Shown one piece after another: positions 21,954 through 31,034 of a DNA stretch of 64,000 nucleotides. The position numbers were made by a program, and so were the translations under genes. The notes below the pieces were generated by a model, which was given only the letters and a program-made list of their open reading frames with translations, was not told where the DNA came from and did not search any database. Within the stretch, counting starts at the first letter, position 1. Each line of letters opens with the position of its first letter. This DNA comes from Vulcanimicrobiota bacterium (lineage in GTDB: Bacteria; Vulcanimicrobiota; Vulcanimicrobiia; Vulcanimicrobiales; Vulcanimicrobiaceae): NCBI GenBank assembly GCA_963812155.1, contig CAWETW010000002.1, positions 32,001 through 96,000 on the forward strand. The letters are read 5' to 3'.

Positions 21954-21956
21954 GCC

Positions 21957-22889
21957 TCAGTCCGTAACCAGCGGCGGGGGCGGCTCCGGCAGGCGCATCG
22001 TCGCGCCGGCGAACGCGCCGCGAAGAAACGCCCAGGACGTCCTCAGATGCGCGCGGCTTTCGAACGCGCAGATCGCAACGTACGCGGCGACGGTCAACGG
22101 GAAGAACACCGCAAAGAACGCCGCACGCTGCCCGGGGCTCGCGTGGCGGCGCGCCAGCAGAGCGCGCGAGCGCGCGTGAAAATACGCGCGCGCCGGATCG
22201 TCGATCGAGAAATCTCCGGAACCGATCAGCGGGCGCCGCTTCGGAGCCGGCGTCTTGTGCCATTCGCGCGCGTCGCGGGCGACGTAACTCTTGAAGCCGA
22301 TCGCCGCCGCTCGAAACGACCAATCGGCCTCCTCGTGGTGAAACGGAAAGACTGCAACGTCTTGGCCGCCGATCGAGCGTAACACGCTGCGCCGAACCAT
22401 GTAACAGTTAGGCGCGCAGGCGGTTTCGACCGACGCATCGTGCGGTATCTCGGTGAAGAACCGCGTCAATCCCGTGACCATGCCGACCTCGCATCCGGCA
22501 AACCAGACGCGCTCCGGTTCGTCGTAGAAATACATCACCGGAGCGACCAGGGCGGCGTCCGGAAGATTTTGCATTGCGTCGCGCAGCGCCCGCAGGCAAT
22601 GCCCGTCGACGACGTTGTCGTCGGCGGTCGCGTAGACGTACTCGCTGGTCGCGGTCGCAATTCCCTGATTTACGGCGTGCGAACCCATGTAGTTTTCGGC
22701 GTTGGCGATCGTGCGTACGCTGGGAAAGTCGCGTGCCAGCATCTCGACGGTGCCGTCGCGCGAGGCATTGTCGACGACGATGACCTCGTCCGGCAACAGA
22801 TCGCCGCGATAGATCGACTCGAGCAAGCTTTTCACTTGGTCGCGCCGGTTGTAGGACACGACGACCACGCTCACCGATGGTGCGCTCAT
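21957..22889 (-). CDS. GT2 family glycosyltransferase
   Basis: VSVVVVSYN, VVDNASRDG, ADDN, EEADWSFR; ATGA overlap with the upstream gene. Confidence 0.9.
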   Translation of the reverse strand: MSAPSVSVVVVSYNRRDQVKSLLESIYRGDLLPDEVIVVDNASRDGTVEMLARDFPSVRTIANAENYMGSHAVNQGIATATSEYVYATADDNVVDGHCLRALRDAMQNLPDAALVAPVMYFYDEPERVWFAGCEVGMVTGLTRFFTEIPHDASVETACAPNCYMVRRSVLRSIGGQDVAVFPFHHEEADWSFRAAAIGFKSYVARDAREWHKTPAPKRRPLIGSGDFSIDDPARAYFHARSRALLARRHASPGQRAAFFAVFFPLTVAAYVAICAFESRAHLRTSWAFLRGAFAGATMRLPEPPPPLVTD

Positions 22890-25800
22890 GCGATTCCGGC
22901 GCGCTCGGTGACGGAAGCGCGCGTGCCGCGCGGTTCGTAGAGCGTCGCTGCGATCACCACCAGGCACGCGACCGCCAAACCCAACGAAACGGCAATTCCG
23001 AATTCGAAGGAGCGTTGCGGCCAGAACGTGAGCACGACGTCCCCGGCCGCGGGGTCGGCGATGCGCCACACATTGGCATACCCATTGGCGATTGCGTGCG
23101 GCAGCACGACGCCGTTTTGCGTCGCCGTCCAGCGGTCGTCGAACGAGTCGGTAAAGATGAGATAGCGGCCGGTCGCGTTCAGACGTAACGTTCCCGGCCC
23201 CTCGCCGGCGATGCCGACCGCACCGCCGGCACGAAATGCCGGCGCCGCAAACGCTGCCGCGGCAACGATTAGCGACTGCACCCCGCTTCCGATCTTCCCT
23301 TGGACGGGAGCGTTACAGTACTGCAGCCCGATCACGTGCGCACCACGGCGCAAGGGCACGTGGGCCAGGCGAATGAGGCGAACGGTCTCGTCGACTCGGC
23401 CGCCGGCCGGCGAACAGCGGCCCATCGCGCCGTCGACCGAGGCGCGCAGCGAGAGTTGACGCCGGACGTCCTGCATGCGCGCGACGACGTCGTATGCGCC
23501 GCTCCGCGGGACGTTCACCCTCGCGAATACCGGCGCGCGGGAAGGGGTTGGCCTGAAGATCACGCGATCGCGGTTGCCTCCGAAGTAAAATCCGTCCCAA
23601 CGATTTCCCGACACGGTGAGATACTGCGGAACGGCGGTTTGCGCGTGCGCGTACAGCCATCTGACGGCGCCGACGTACATCCGAACGTCGCGGTTCTGCT
23701 TGTTGACCGAGGCGATGCGCACGTACCGGAACGTTCCGAGATCGGGCCGCCCGACACCCCCGAAGTCTGCGAAGTTCAGCGCAACGTCTTGCACCGGGCC
23801 GCTGAAATCGATGGTCGCCTGTAGAAAGTTGAGTTCGTCGGGCGCGTACAGCTGCACGTAGACGCGCCGCGGTGCGGTCGAATACATCCGCAGCGCAATG
23901 CCGGTGACACCGGCGGGTCTGGGCGGAAGCCCGAACATTTCGACGTCCTGGGCGCGCGCCGGAACGTTGGCGTAAAATCCGCGACCGCCGTCGAGCGACT
24001 CGAGGTCGACGTTCGACGGCTGGATATCCAGAACGAGCCCCGGCGCGCGATCGGTGCGGAACGTTTCCGACGTGACGATCTGTTCGGAGCTCGCGCTGGT
24101 AACGCCGGTCGCGACGGTGGCCGGGCGAGCGCACGATGCAGCCGCCGGGGCGAGCGCGAGCACGTCGTACGGATCGGCTTGCGACGGAACCCCGAAGACG
24201 CAATCGGCAGCGTAAGCGCGCGCGACCGGCGCGTCGAAGCGCCACGTCGAGCGATCGTCGTACGATCCGGCGAGCGTTTCCAGACCCGTCGCCCGCAATG
24301 CCGATTCGAGATACTTCCTGTCGCCGTTGGTCTTCAGGCGGATGCCGGCGGTCGGCGTGCCGATATGATGCACGACGACGCGTCCGACACCCGCCATCTT
24401 CAATAACATCGATTGCGTGGCCGGGTCCGCACCGTCGGGAACGAACTCGTCGAGCGCTTTGACCAACTCCTGGGTCCGGTCGTAGGGGGTCCATTTCTGT
24501 CCGGCGCCGAGCGACATGCCGGGAAGGAAGCGCACCTGTGGATCGTCGGATCCCTCGAAATAGTAGTCGAAGATGCCTGGATGAAAATAGAAGCTCGGCG
24601 AGTTTGGGACGAACAGCGTTCGGTACTCGTCGCCGTTTACGGCGGTCTGTGCGACTTCGGCACGCTCGCCTTGCGATTCGCCGAACGGACCGATGAGTCC
24701 GAAGAAATTACCGTGCACGAAAAATCCCTGCCCATACGCGGCCAGGACGAACACGCCCGCAACGATGGCCGCGCTCGAAAAACGCTCCGGCACGTTCCGC
24801 ACGGCGAGATAGACCAGGGCCGGCAGCACGAGCGCCATGACGAACATCAGATGTTGAGGCGTTCGCAGAAACAGGCTGTACGGCAACAGCGCGCGGAAAA
24901 CCGCGATGATCGCCGGACCCAAGAACCGGTTTCCGCCGAGCGGCACGATTGCGGTCAATGCAAACAAGATGCCGAGAACGATCAGTAGCGGCGTCCGGCG
25001 GCGCGCATACGCCGTGGCGACGGTCGCCAGCAGCACGGCGCACGCCGCGAAAAACAGCGCCGCGCCGCGATCGAGCGCATGCAAATAGAACTCGCCCGGG
25101 AAGGCGAGCATCGTCACGGTCAGCAGCGGGTTGGAGAACTGACCGAAGGTGGCGATCGCGGTATCGATCGGCGACGTCTGCACGACGGTGTGCACGGCCC
25201 CGCCTGCCAGCAGCGCGGGTAACAACCAAAACGCACACAGTGCGACCGAGACCGCGGTCAGAACGCCTAAGCGGATTGCGGTCACCTTCGACCACGACGT
25301 CGCCAAGCAGATCGCCCACATAACGCCCAACGTAAAGACGAAGACTTGGACCGACGCGACGATGATGCCCATCAGCAGCGCCGCGCCCAACGCTTGGGCG
25401 AGCCAGCGGCGTTCGTGCTCGGCTATGCAACGCAACGCCAGCGCGATGACGATCGGACTGAGTGCGTCGGAGATGAGCGCACTCTGATCGCCGGCAACGA
25501 TTTGATTGTACGCGTAGGGCGCGAGGGCATAGAGTAGCCCGCCGAGCGTGGCGAACGCGCCGTCGCGCGGATGCGGATCCTCGCGCGTCAGCGTGAGCAG
25601 CAAGTAACGCATCCCGATCGCCGAGAGAAAGACGCTCGCGACGACGAGGCCTTTGGTCACGAAGCCGCCGCTCAATCCGAGGTATCCCGGTACGCCGAAG
25701 AGCAGACTCGTCAGCACCGTCGCATAGCGATATGTGACGTACGATCCGAAATCGTAATCTTGCCACGCCGATCCGTCGGTCAGGGCGAAGCGTCGCAATT

Positions 25801-25951
25801 CGGACGGGTCGCCGGGAATCATCCAGTCCCAGTGGTGTCCGATCGTGCCCGGCGCAAGCAAAACCGGCGCCACTGCGGCGAGCGCTACGATCGCATAAAT
25901 GCCGACGGCGACGTTCCAGCGCGAAAGACGGGAAGTGACCGCCGCGAACAT
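22886..25951 (-). CDS. Large multi-TM GT-C-like protein (AftD/YfhO-like) with large extracytoplasmic domain
   Basis: About 13 N-terminal TMs with HHWDW in loop 1 and YALAP motif; C-terminal DSFDDRW..ANGYANVW plus terminal TM. Confidence 0.7.
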   Translation of the reverse strand: MFAAVTSRLSRWNVAVGIYAIVALAAVAPVLLAPGTIGHHWDWMIPGDPSELRRFALTDGSAWQDYDFGSYVTYRYATVLTSLLFGVPGYLGLSGGFVTKGLVVASVFLSAIGMRYLLLTLTREDPHPRDGAFATLGGLLYALAPYAYNQIVAGDQSALISDALSPIVIALALRCIAEHERRWLAQALGAALLMGIIVASVQVFVFTLGVMWAICLATSWSKVTAIRLGVLTAVSVALCAFWLLPALLAGGAVHTVVQTSPIDTAIATFGQFSNPLLTVTMLAFPGEFYLHALDRGAALFFAACAVLLATVATAYARRRTPLLIVLGILFALTAIVPLGGNRFLGPAIIAVFRALLPYSLFLRTPQHLMFVMALVLPALVYLAVRNVPERFSSAAIVAGVFVLAAYGQGFFVHGNFFGLIGPFGESQGERAEVAQTAVNGDEYRTLFVPNSPSFYFHPGIFDYYFEGSDDPQVRFLPGMSLGAGQKWTPYDRTQELVKALDEFVPDGADPATQSMLLKMAGVGRVVVHHIGTPTAGIRLKTNGDRKYLESALRATGLETLAGSYDDRSTWRFDAPVARAYAADCVFGVPSQADPYDVLALAPAAASCARPATVATGVTSASSEQIVTSETFRTDRAPGLVLDIQPSNVDLESLDGGRGFYANVPARAQDVEMFGLPPRPAGVTGIALRMYSTAPRRVYVQLYAPDELNFLQATIDFSGPVQDVALNFADFGGVGRPDLGTFRYVRIASVNKQNRDVRMYVGAVRWLYAHAQTAVPQYLTVSGNRWDGFYFGGNRDRVIFRPTPSRAPVFARVNVPRSGAYDVVARMQDVRRQLSLRASVDGAMGRCSPAGGRVDETVRLIRLAHVPLRRGAHVIGLQYCNAPVQGKIGSGVQSLIVAAAAFAAPAFRAGGAVGIAGEGPGTLRLNATGRYLIFTDSFDDRWTATQNGVVLPHAIANGYANVWRIADPAAGDVVLTFWPQRSFEFGIAVSLGLAVACLVVIAATLYEPRGTRASVTERAGIA

Positions 25952-26013
25952 CCGCCCGCAGGTTGGCCAGCCGCGGAGGCCTTCCCTCCCACGCTTACAA
26001 TAAGGCGAAATTG

Positions 26014-26556
26014 ATGACGATTGTCCTCTGCAGGCACGGCGCTACCGACGGCAATGCCGCGGGCGCGATACTCTCGCGAAACGATCCGTCGCTCAACCGC
26101 CTCGGCCGCGAACAAAGCGAGCGCGCGCACGCCGCACTCGCAGGCTTTTCGTTCGATCGCGCGTTGAGCAGCCCGATGCGGCGCTGCATCGAAACGCTCG
26201 AAATCGTGGCACCGCGGCTTGCCCACCGCTGCGACGAACGCCTGCGCGAAGTCGACTTCGGAACGTGGGAGGGACGTACGGCCGAGTGGCTCGAGATCAA
26301 CGATTCCGCCGGACTTGCCCGCCGCCGGCACGATCCGGTACGCTTCCGTCCGCCCGGCGGCGAGAGCTTCGCCGACAAATCGGTGCATCTGCGGCCGTTT
26401 GCCGCCGAACTGCTGCAACTCGACGTTGCTCACGTGCTGGTCGTCGCGCATCGCGGTACGCTCGGCGTGCTCGAACGCATCCTGCGCGATCTTCCGCTCG
26501 AGTCGCAGGACGTTACGCCGCTCGAACCCGGCGAATTCCACATCCTTCGTCTTTAG
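26014..26556 (+). CDS. Histidine phosphatase family protein
   Basis: RHG, SSPMRRC, LREVDFGTWEG, PGGES, VAHRG. Confidence 0.9.
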   Translation: MTIVLCRHGATDGNAAGAILSRNDPSLNRLGREQSERAHAALAGFSFDRALSSPMRRCIETLEIVAPRLAHRCDERLREVDFGTWEGRTAEWLEINDSAGLARRRHDPVRFRPPGGESFADKSVHLRPFAAELLQLDVAHVLVVAHRGTLGVLERILRDLPLESQDVTPLEPGEFHILRL

Positions 26557-26613
26557 CCACTGTCGGCATCGACACACCCATTATTTGTTTAGCTTTTCGC
26601 CGATGCGGGCAAG

Positions 26614-26774
26614 GCATTCGGTTTAGCGGGGTTCTTTGAGAAGTCTCCGACTTTTTCGCAATGCGGCCTGGAGGGCCGCAACTTCCTTTGAACGTTGCGA
26701 AAAAGCGGTGAAGCAGGAGCGGCCTGGATGGCCGCGACGAGCGTCTTCGAAAGGAACCCCGCTAAGACGAATGC
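26614..26774. repeat. Nested inverted-repeat element (MITE/REP-like)
   Basis: About 30-bp imperfect terminal IR (26614-26643 / 26745-26774), inner IR CTTTTTCGCAA/TTGCGAAAAAG, and two GCGGCCTGGA(G/T)GGCCGC hairpins. Confidence 0.8.
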
Positions 26775-27760
26775 TTCGCAAGCATCGTCGTTCCCAGGCG
26801 GCGCTCCCCGTCGGGATACTCGAAGGCTTCGCTCCAGTAACGCATCATCGTCACGCCGGCGCGATGCTTTCCCCGCAAGTCGGGAAGCGGTTTGCCCTCG
26901 TAACGGTCGAGCAGCAGCGTCGCGAAGTTGATGCCGGCGGCGGTCGTAAGAGCGAGAGTTCCCGAGAAGCGCGGATTCATTTCGATGATGGAAAACGTGC
27001 CGTCGTCGCGCAGCATGCCTTGAACGTTCGCCGGTCCGGCGATTCCCGATTTCGCCACGACGTCGCTCGCGATCGATTCGATGCGCGGATGATGGTACGT
27101 GCGGCCTTTCACGGAAACCCCGGCTTTGATCGCGATGCGCTCGCGCGGTACGGCCGCGACGACGCGCCCCGGCTCGGCGGCGAAGCAATCGACGGTAAAC
27201 TCCTTACCGTCGACCGCCTCCTGAACGATCAGGCCGGTGCGGCCGCGCGCCGCGTCGCGCAGGACGTCGAGGTTCGAAACGCGCTGTGTGCCGACCGAAC
27301 CCGAGCCGAGGCGCGGCTTCAGGTACGCCGGAAACCGGAGGTCCCTCAGATCGCTCTCGTACGCGAGGGTCTTGGGCGTTTCGATGCCGAGGCCGTCGAG
27401 GAACGCGGCGAACGCGAGCTTATCGCCGGCGGTCAGCACGATGTCGGGGGGCGGCGCGGCGAGCGTGCATCCTAACTCGGAAAGAGCGTCGCGCGCGCCG
27501 TCGAGCGGGAGAAATTCGCGCTCGACGATGATCGGCACGAACAGATCGATCCGCAGACGCTCTACGGCGGCGAGGCAGGCGTCGACGAAGCCGGGATCGG
27601 CGGCAAGCGGCACGCGCACGAATTCGTCCGCGAAGAACTTCGTCGCATTGAGATCGTCGACGTCAACAATGGCGACGAACGATGCGCGACCGTCTTCGCG
27701 CAGCGCTTTGATGAGGGATTGAGCCGTGACCGTTCCGCCGGCAGAAATTAGAATCCTCAT
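26762..27760 (-). CDS. ATP-grasp domain protein
   Basis: DKLAF, KPRLGSGS, IVQEAVDGKEFTVD, NVQ, IEMNPRFSG. Confidence 0.88.
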   Translation of the reverse strand: MRILISAGGTVTAQSLIKALREDGRASFVAIVDVDDLNATKFFADEFVRVPLAADPGFVDACLAAVERLRIDLFVPIIVEREFLPLDGARDALSELGCTLAAPPPDIVLTAGDKLAFAAFLDGLGIETPKTLAYESDLRDLRFPAYLKPRLGSGSVGTQRVSNLDVLRDAARGRTGLIVQEAVDGKEFTVDCFAAEPGRVVAAVPRERIAIKAGVSVKGRTYHHPRIESIASDVVAKSGIAGPANVQGMLRDDGTFSIIEMNPRFSGTLALTTAAGINFATLLLDRYEGKPLPDLRGKHRAGVTMMRYWSEAFEYPDGERRLGTTMLAKHSS

Positions 27761-27769
27761 CGCGTCGAA

Positions 27770-28762
27770 TCAGTAGTGCATGACGTCCCAGCGCTGGGGA
27801 TGTTCGCGCAACCAGCTCCACTCGCGCGCCATCCCGTCGCGCAGCGTCGTCTGGAGACGAACGCCGAGGAGCCGTCCGGTCTTGGCGGGCGAGAGATGCA
27901 TCACGCCGAGTTCGGCCGGCAGACGCATGCGTCCGTCGACGAGTTCCGAACGTTCGCCGGGCGCGACGTTTTCACGCAGGGGTTTCGCGTCGATCCCGGT
28001 GACGTCGCAGACGAGATCGGCCAAGTCCGCAATCGACGTCGCGACTCCGGTTCCGGCGTTGAACGAGTGGGCTCCCGTCAAGGCCGTCTCCATGCATGCC
28101 CGATGGACCGCCACGACGTCGTCGACGTAGACGAAGTCGCGCAGTTGATCGCCGGCGCCGAATACCACCGGCGGGCGCCCCTCCAGCGCACGCTTCAGAA
28201 AGATCGTCAGCACTCGTCCGTACCATTCGCGCGGGCCGTAGACGATGCCGTAGCGCAGCGAGAACACCGGAAATCCGTAATCGTTCGAAAAGACTTGCGC
28301 GTACTTTTCGGCGGCCAGTTTGCTGACGCCGTACGACCAGTTGGGATCGTGCGGTCCTTCTTCGAGGCTCGGCGGAGCGACGGCTTGACCGTAGATGCAC
28401 GCCGACGATGCATTGATCGTTCGCTCGACTCCGGCCAGCCGCGCGGCTTCCAAGACGTTGAGCGTGCCGATGAGATTCGTGCGAAGATCGCCGATCGGAT
28501 CTTCCAAGCACTTGGTAATCTCGAGTTGCGCCGCCTGATGTGAAACGACGTCCTTACCGCGCGCGGCAGCGACGATCGCATCGCGATCGAGCACGTCGCC
28601 GGTCACGATCTCGACGTCGTCCGCGCGAAGATTTTCACGCAGACCGCTGGAAAAGTTATCGTACACCGTCACGCGGTGTCCGGCAGCGAGAAGATCGTCG
28701 ACGAGATGCGAGCCGATGAAGCCCGCGCCGCCGGTGATCAAAACCGACTTAGGGGACGCCAC
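27770..28762 (-). CDS. NAD-dependent epimerase/dehydratase
   Basis: TGGAGFIGSH, YGVSK, LRYGIVYGP, RDFVYVDD. Confidence 0.92.
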   Translation of the reverse strand: MASPKSVLITGGAGFIGSHLVDDLLAAGHRVTVYDNFSSGLRENLRADDVEIVTGDVLDRDAIVAAARGKDVVSHQAAQLEITKCLEDPIGDLRTNLIGTLNVLEAARLAGVERTINASSACIYGQAVAPPSLEEGPHDPNWSYGVSKLAAEKYAQVFSNDYGFPVFSLRYGIVYGPREWYGRVLTIFLKRALEGRPPVVFGAGDQLRDFVYVDDVVAVHRACMETALTGAHSFNAGTGVATSIADLADLVCDVTGIDAKPLRENVAPGERSELVDGRMRLPAELGVMHLSPAKTGRLLGVRLQTTLRDGMAREWSWLREHPQRWDVMHY

Positions 28763-28902
28763 ACTCTCCTCCGTGATGACTGAAGATTAGCGCGCGGGGA
28801 GTTCGCGCTGCGAAGCCCGGAGCCTGTAGCGGAACGTCGCACGCGACGTTAGTAGCAGGTCCGGCGCATGGTTGCGCCCTGCAGTTCCCGAAAGGGGCGA
28901 GC

Positions 28903-30015
28903 ATGAACGTTCCTTTCGTAGACCTCAAAGCGCAATACGCCTCGATCAAGCCCGAGATCGTTCCGGCAATCGACGACGTGTTGGAGAGCGCGCGCTTCAT
29001 CATGGGACCGCAGGTGGATCGCTTCGAGCGCGAGTTCGCGCGATTTAACGGCACGCGGCACTGCATCGGCGTCGAATCCGGGACGGCCGCGTTGAAGATT
29101 GCGCTCGAAGCGCTCGGGATCGGTACGGGCGACGAAGTCATCGTCCCCGCCAACACCTATATCGCGTCCGCGCTTGCCGTATCGGCGACCGGCGCAGCGC
29201 CGGTGCTGGTCGACATGGGCGAGGACTATCTCATCGACGCCGACGCCATCGAAGCCGCGATCACGCCGCGCACCAAGGCGCTGATGCCCGTGCATCTCTA
29301 CGGACAAGTCGTTCCGATGCAGCCGATTCTCGACGTCGCTCGCCGGCACGGGTTGCGCGTCGTCGAAGACGCATGTCAGTCGCACGGAGCGCGTTGGAAC
29401 GGACGGCGCGCCGGAAGCATCGGCGACATCGGGTGCTTTAGTTTCTACCCGGGCAAGAACTTAGGCTGCTACGGTGACGGCGGCGCGGTCGTGACGAACG
29501 ACGCCGCGATCGACGAGCGCATTCGCCTGCTGCGTGACTTCGGTCAAATGAAAAAGTACGAACACGCGATCAAAGGCGATAACAATCGTCTCGACTCGAT
29601 TCAGGCTGCGGTGCTCAACGTCAAACTCGCGCATCTCGATGCGTGGAACGAAGCGCGGCTCGCGAACGCGCGCCTGTACGACGAGGCGCTCGCTGCGGCC
29701 GGATTTCCGATACCAAAACGCATCGCCGACGAAGGTCACGTCTATCACTTGTACGTGACCGAGGTTTCCGACCGCGACGGCGTGCGCACGCGGCTGGCGC
29801 AGCACGGCGTGGAGAGCGGCATCCACTATCCGATTCCCATCCACTTGCAGCCGGCGTACGGCGAGTTGGCCTCGCAGAAGGGGCGCTTTCCGAAAACCGA
29901 GGCCGCCGCGCATCGCGTCTTGTCCTTGCCGATGTTTCCGGAAATGACCGCGGAGCAAGTCGAGTACGTGGTCGACTCGCTGCGCGCGGCCGTGCGTCCG
30001 ATGCAGCACGCGTGA
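28903..30015 (+). CDS. DegT/DnrJ/EryC1/StrS sugar aminotransferase
   Basis: SGTAAL, PVHLYG, EDACQSHG, FSFYPGKNLG, LSLPM. Confidence 0.95.
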   Translation: MNVPFVDLKAQYASIKPEIVPAIDDVLESARFIMGPQVDRFEREFARFNGTRHCIGVESGTAALKIALEALGIGTGDEVIVPANTYIASALAVSATGAAPVLVDMGEDYLIDADAIEAAITPRTKALMPVHLYGQVVPMQPILDVARRHGLRVVEDACQSHGARWNGRRAGSIGDIGCFSFYPGKNLGCYGDGGAVVTNDAAIDERIRLLRDFGQMKKYEHAIKGDNNRLDSIQAAVLNVKLAHLDAWNEARLANARLYDEALAAAGFPIPKRIADEGHVYHLYVTEVSDRDGVRTRLAQHGVESGIHYPIPIHLQPAYGELASQKGRFPKTEAAAHRVLSLPMFPEMTAEQVEYVVDSLRAAVRPMQHA

Positions 30016-31034
30016 GTGAACTCAACGTAGCAATTGCGGGCCTCGGATACTGGGGCCCGAACCTCGTCCGCAACTTCGCCACCTCCACGAACTGGAGCGT
30101 CACCTGGATCGTCGATCTCGACGAACGCCGGCGCGGGCACGTGCAGCGGCTGTTTCCGAATTGCCGGCCGACCGCCGATTTCGACGATGCCCTGAAGGAT
30201 CCGAACGTGGATTTGGTCGCGATTGCGACGCCGCCGCGGCTGCACTACGCCATGACGATGCAAGCGATCGATGCCGGAAAGCACGTGCTCGTAGAAAAAC
30301 CGCTCGCCGAAGAGGCCTCGCAGGCCAGGGAGCTGCTGGAAGCGGCGGCGCGGCGCGGCGTGCGGCTGTTCACCGATCATACGTTTCTCTACGCCGGCGC
30401 CGTCGAGGCGATGCGTCAAGCCTTCGTGGACGGCGACTTGGGCGAGATTTACTACGCGGAGTCGTCGCGCGTCAATCTCGGGCTGTTTCAGCAAACCAAC
30501 GTGATCTGGGACCTAGCGCCCCACGACGTCTCGATTCTCAATCACGTCTTCGGCGAGTTGCCCGAGGCGGTTGCGTGCTCGGCGACGGCCTACATCCATC
30601 CGCCGGTGTGGGACGTTGCATTCCTGCTCATGCGCTACGGCAGCGGACGGCTGGCGCACGTGCACTTGAGTTGGCTCTCGCCTGTCAAGGTGCGCCGCAT
30701 GATGCTCTCGGCCAGCAGCCGCATGACGGTGTGGGACGACGTCGATCCGTCCGAAAAGTTGCGCATCTATGACAAGGGCGTCGTGCGTAACCCGACCCAC
30801 GAGACGCTTTCGCAGCAGATGGTGAGTTATCGGCTCGGCGACGTGCGGATTCCGATTCTGGACGGGCGCGAACCCCTCGCCAAACTGGTCGACGACGTGC
30901 ACGCCGGCATCCGGGAGGGCGCCACGACGCGCGTCGGCGAGCGCGTCGGCTACGACGTCGTACGCTGCATTGAAGCCGCCTGCGCCTCGGTGGAAAAAGG
31001 CGGCGGCTGGGTCACCCTTCCGGCGGCGGAGTAG
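30012..31034 (+). CDS. Gfo/Idh/MocA family oxidoreductase
   Basis: GLGYWGPNL, KHVLVEKP, WDLAPHD; GTGA overlap with the DegT gene. Confidence 0.92.
   Translation: MSELNVAIAGLGYWGPNLVRNFATSTNWSVTWIVDLDERRRGHVQRLFPNCRPTADFDDALKDPNVDLVAIATPPRLHYAMTMQAIDAGKHVLVEKPLAEEASQARELLEAAARRGVRLFTDHTFLYAGAVEAMRQAFVDGDLGEIYYAESSRVNLGLFQQTNVIWDLAPHDVSILNHVFGELPEAVACSATAYIHPPVWDVAFLLMRYGSGRLAHVHLSWLSPVKVRRMMLSASSRMTVWDDVDPSEKLRIYDKGVVRNPTHETLSQQMVSYRLGDVRIPILDGREPLAKLVDDVHAGIREGATTRVGERVGYDVVRCIEAACASVEKGGGWVTLPAAE

Noticed and set aside
12214..21956. Calling the accessory block a mobile element
   Set aside because: No integrase, transposase, tRNA site or flanking repeats are visible.
26614..26774. Possible CRISPR array or tRNA
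   Set aside because: Only two 17-bp units, no cas genes and no cloverleaf.
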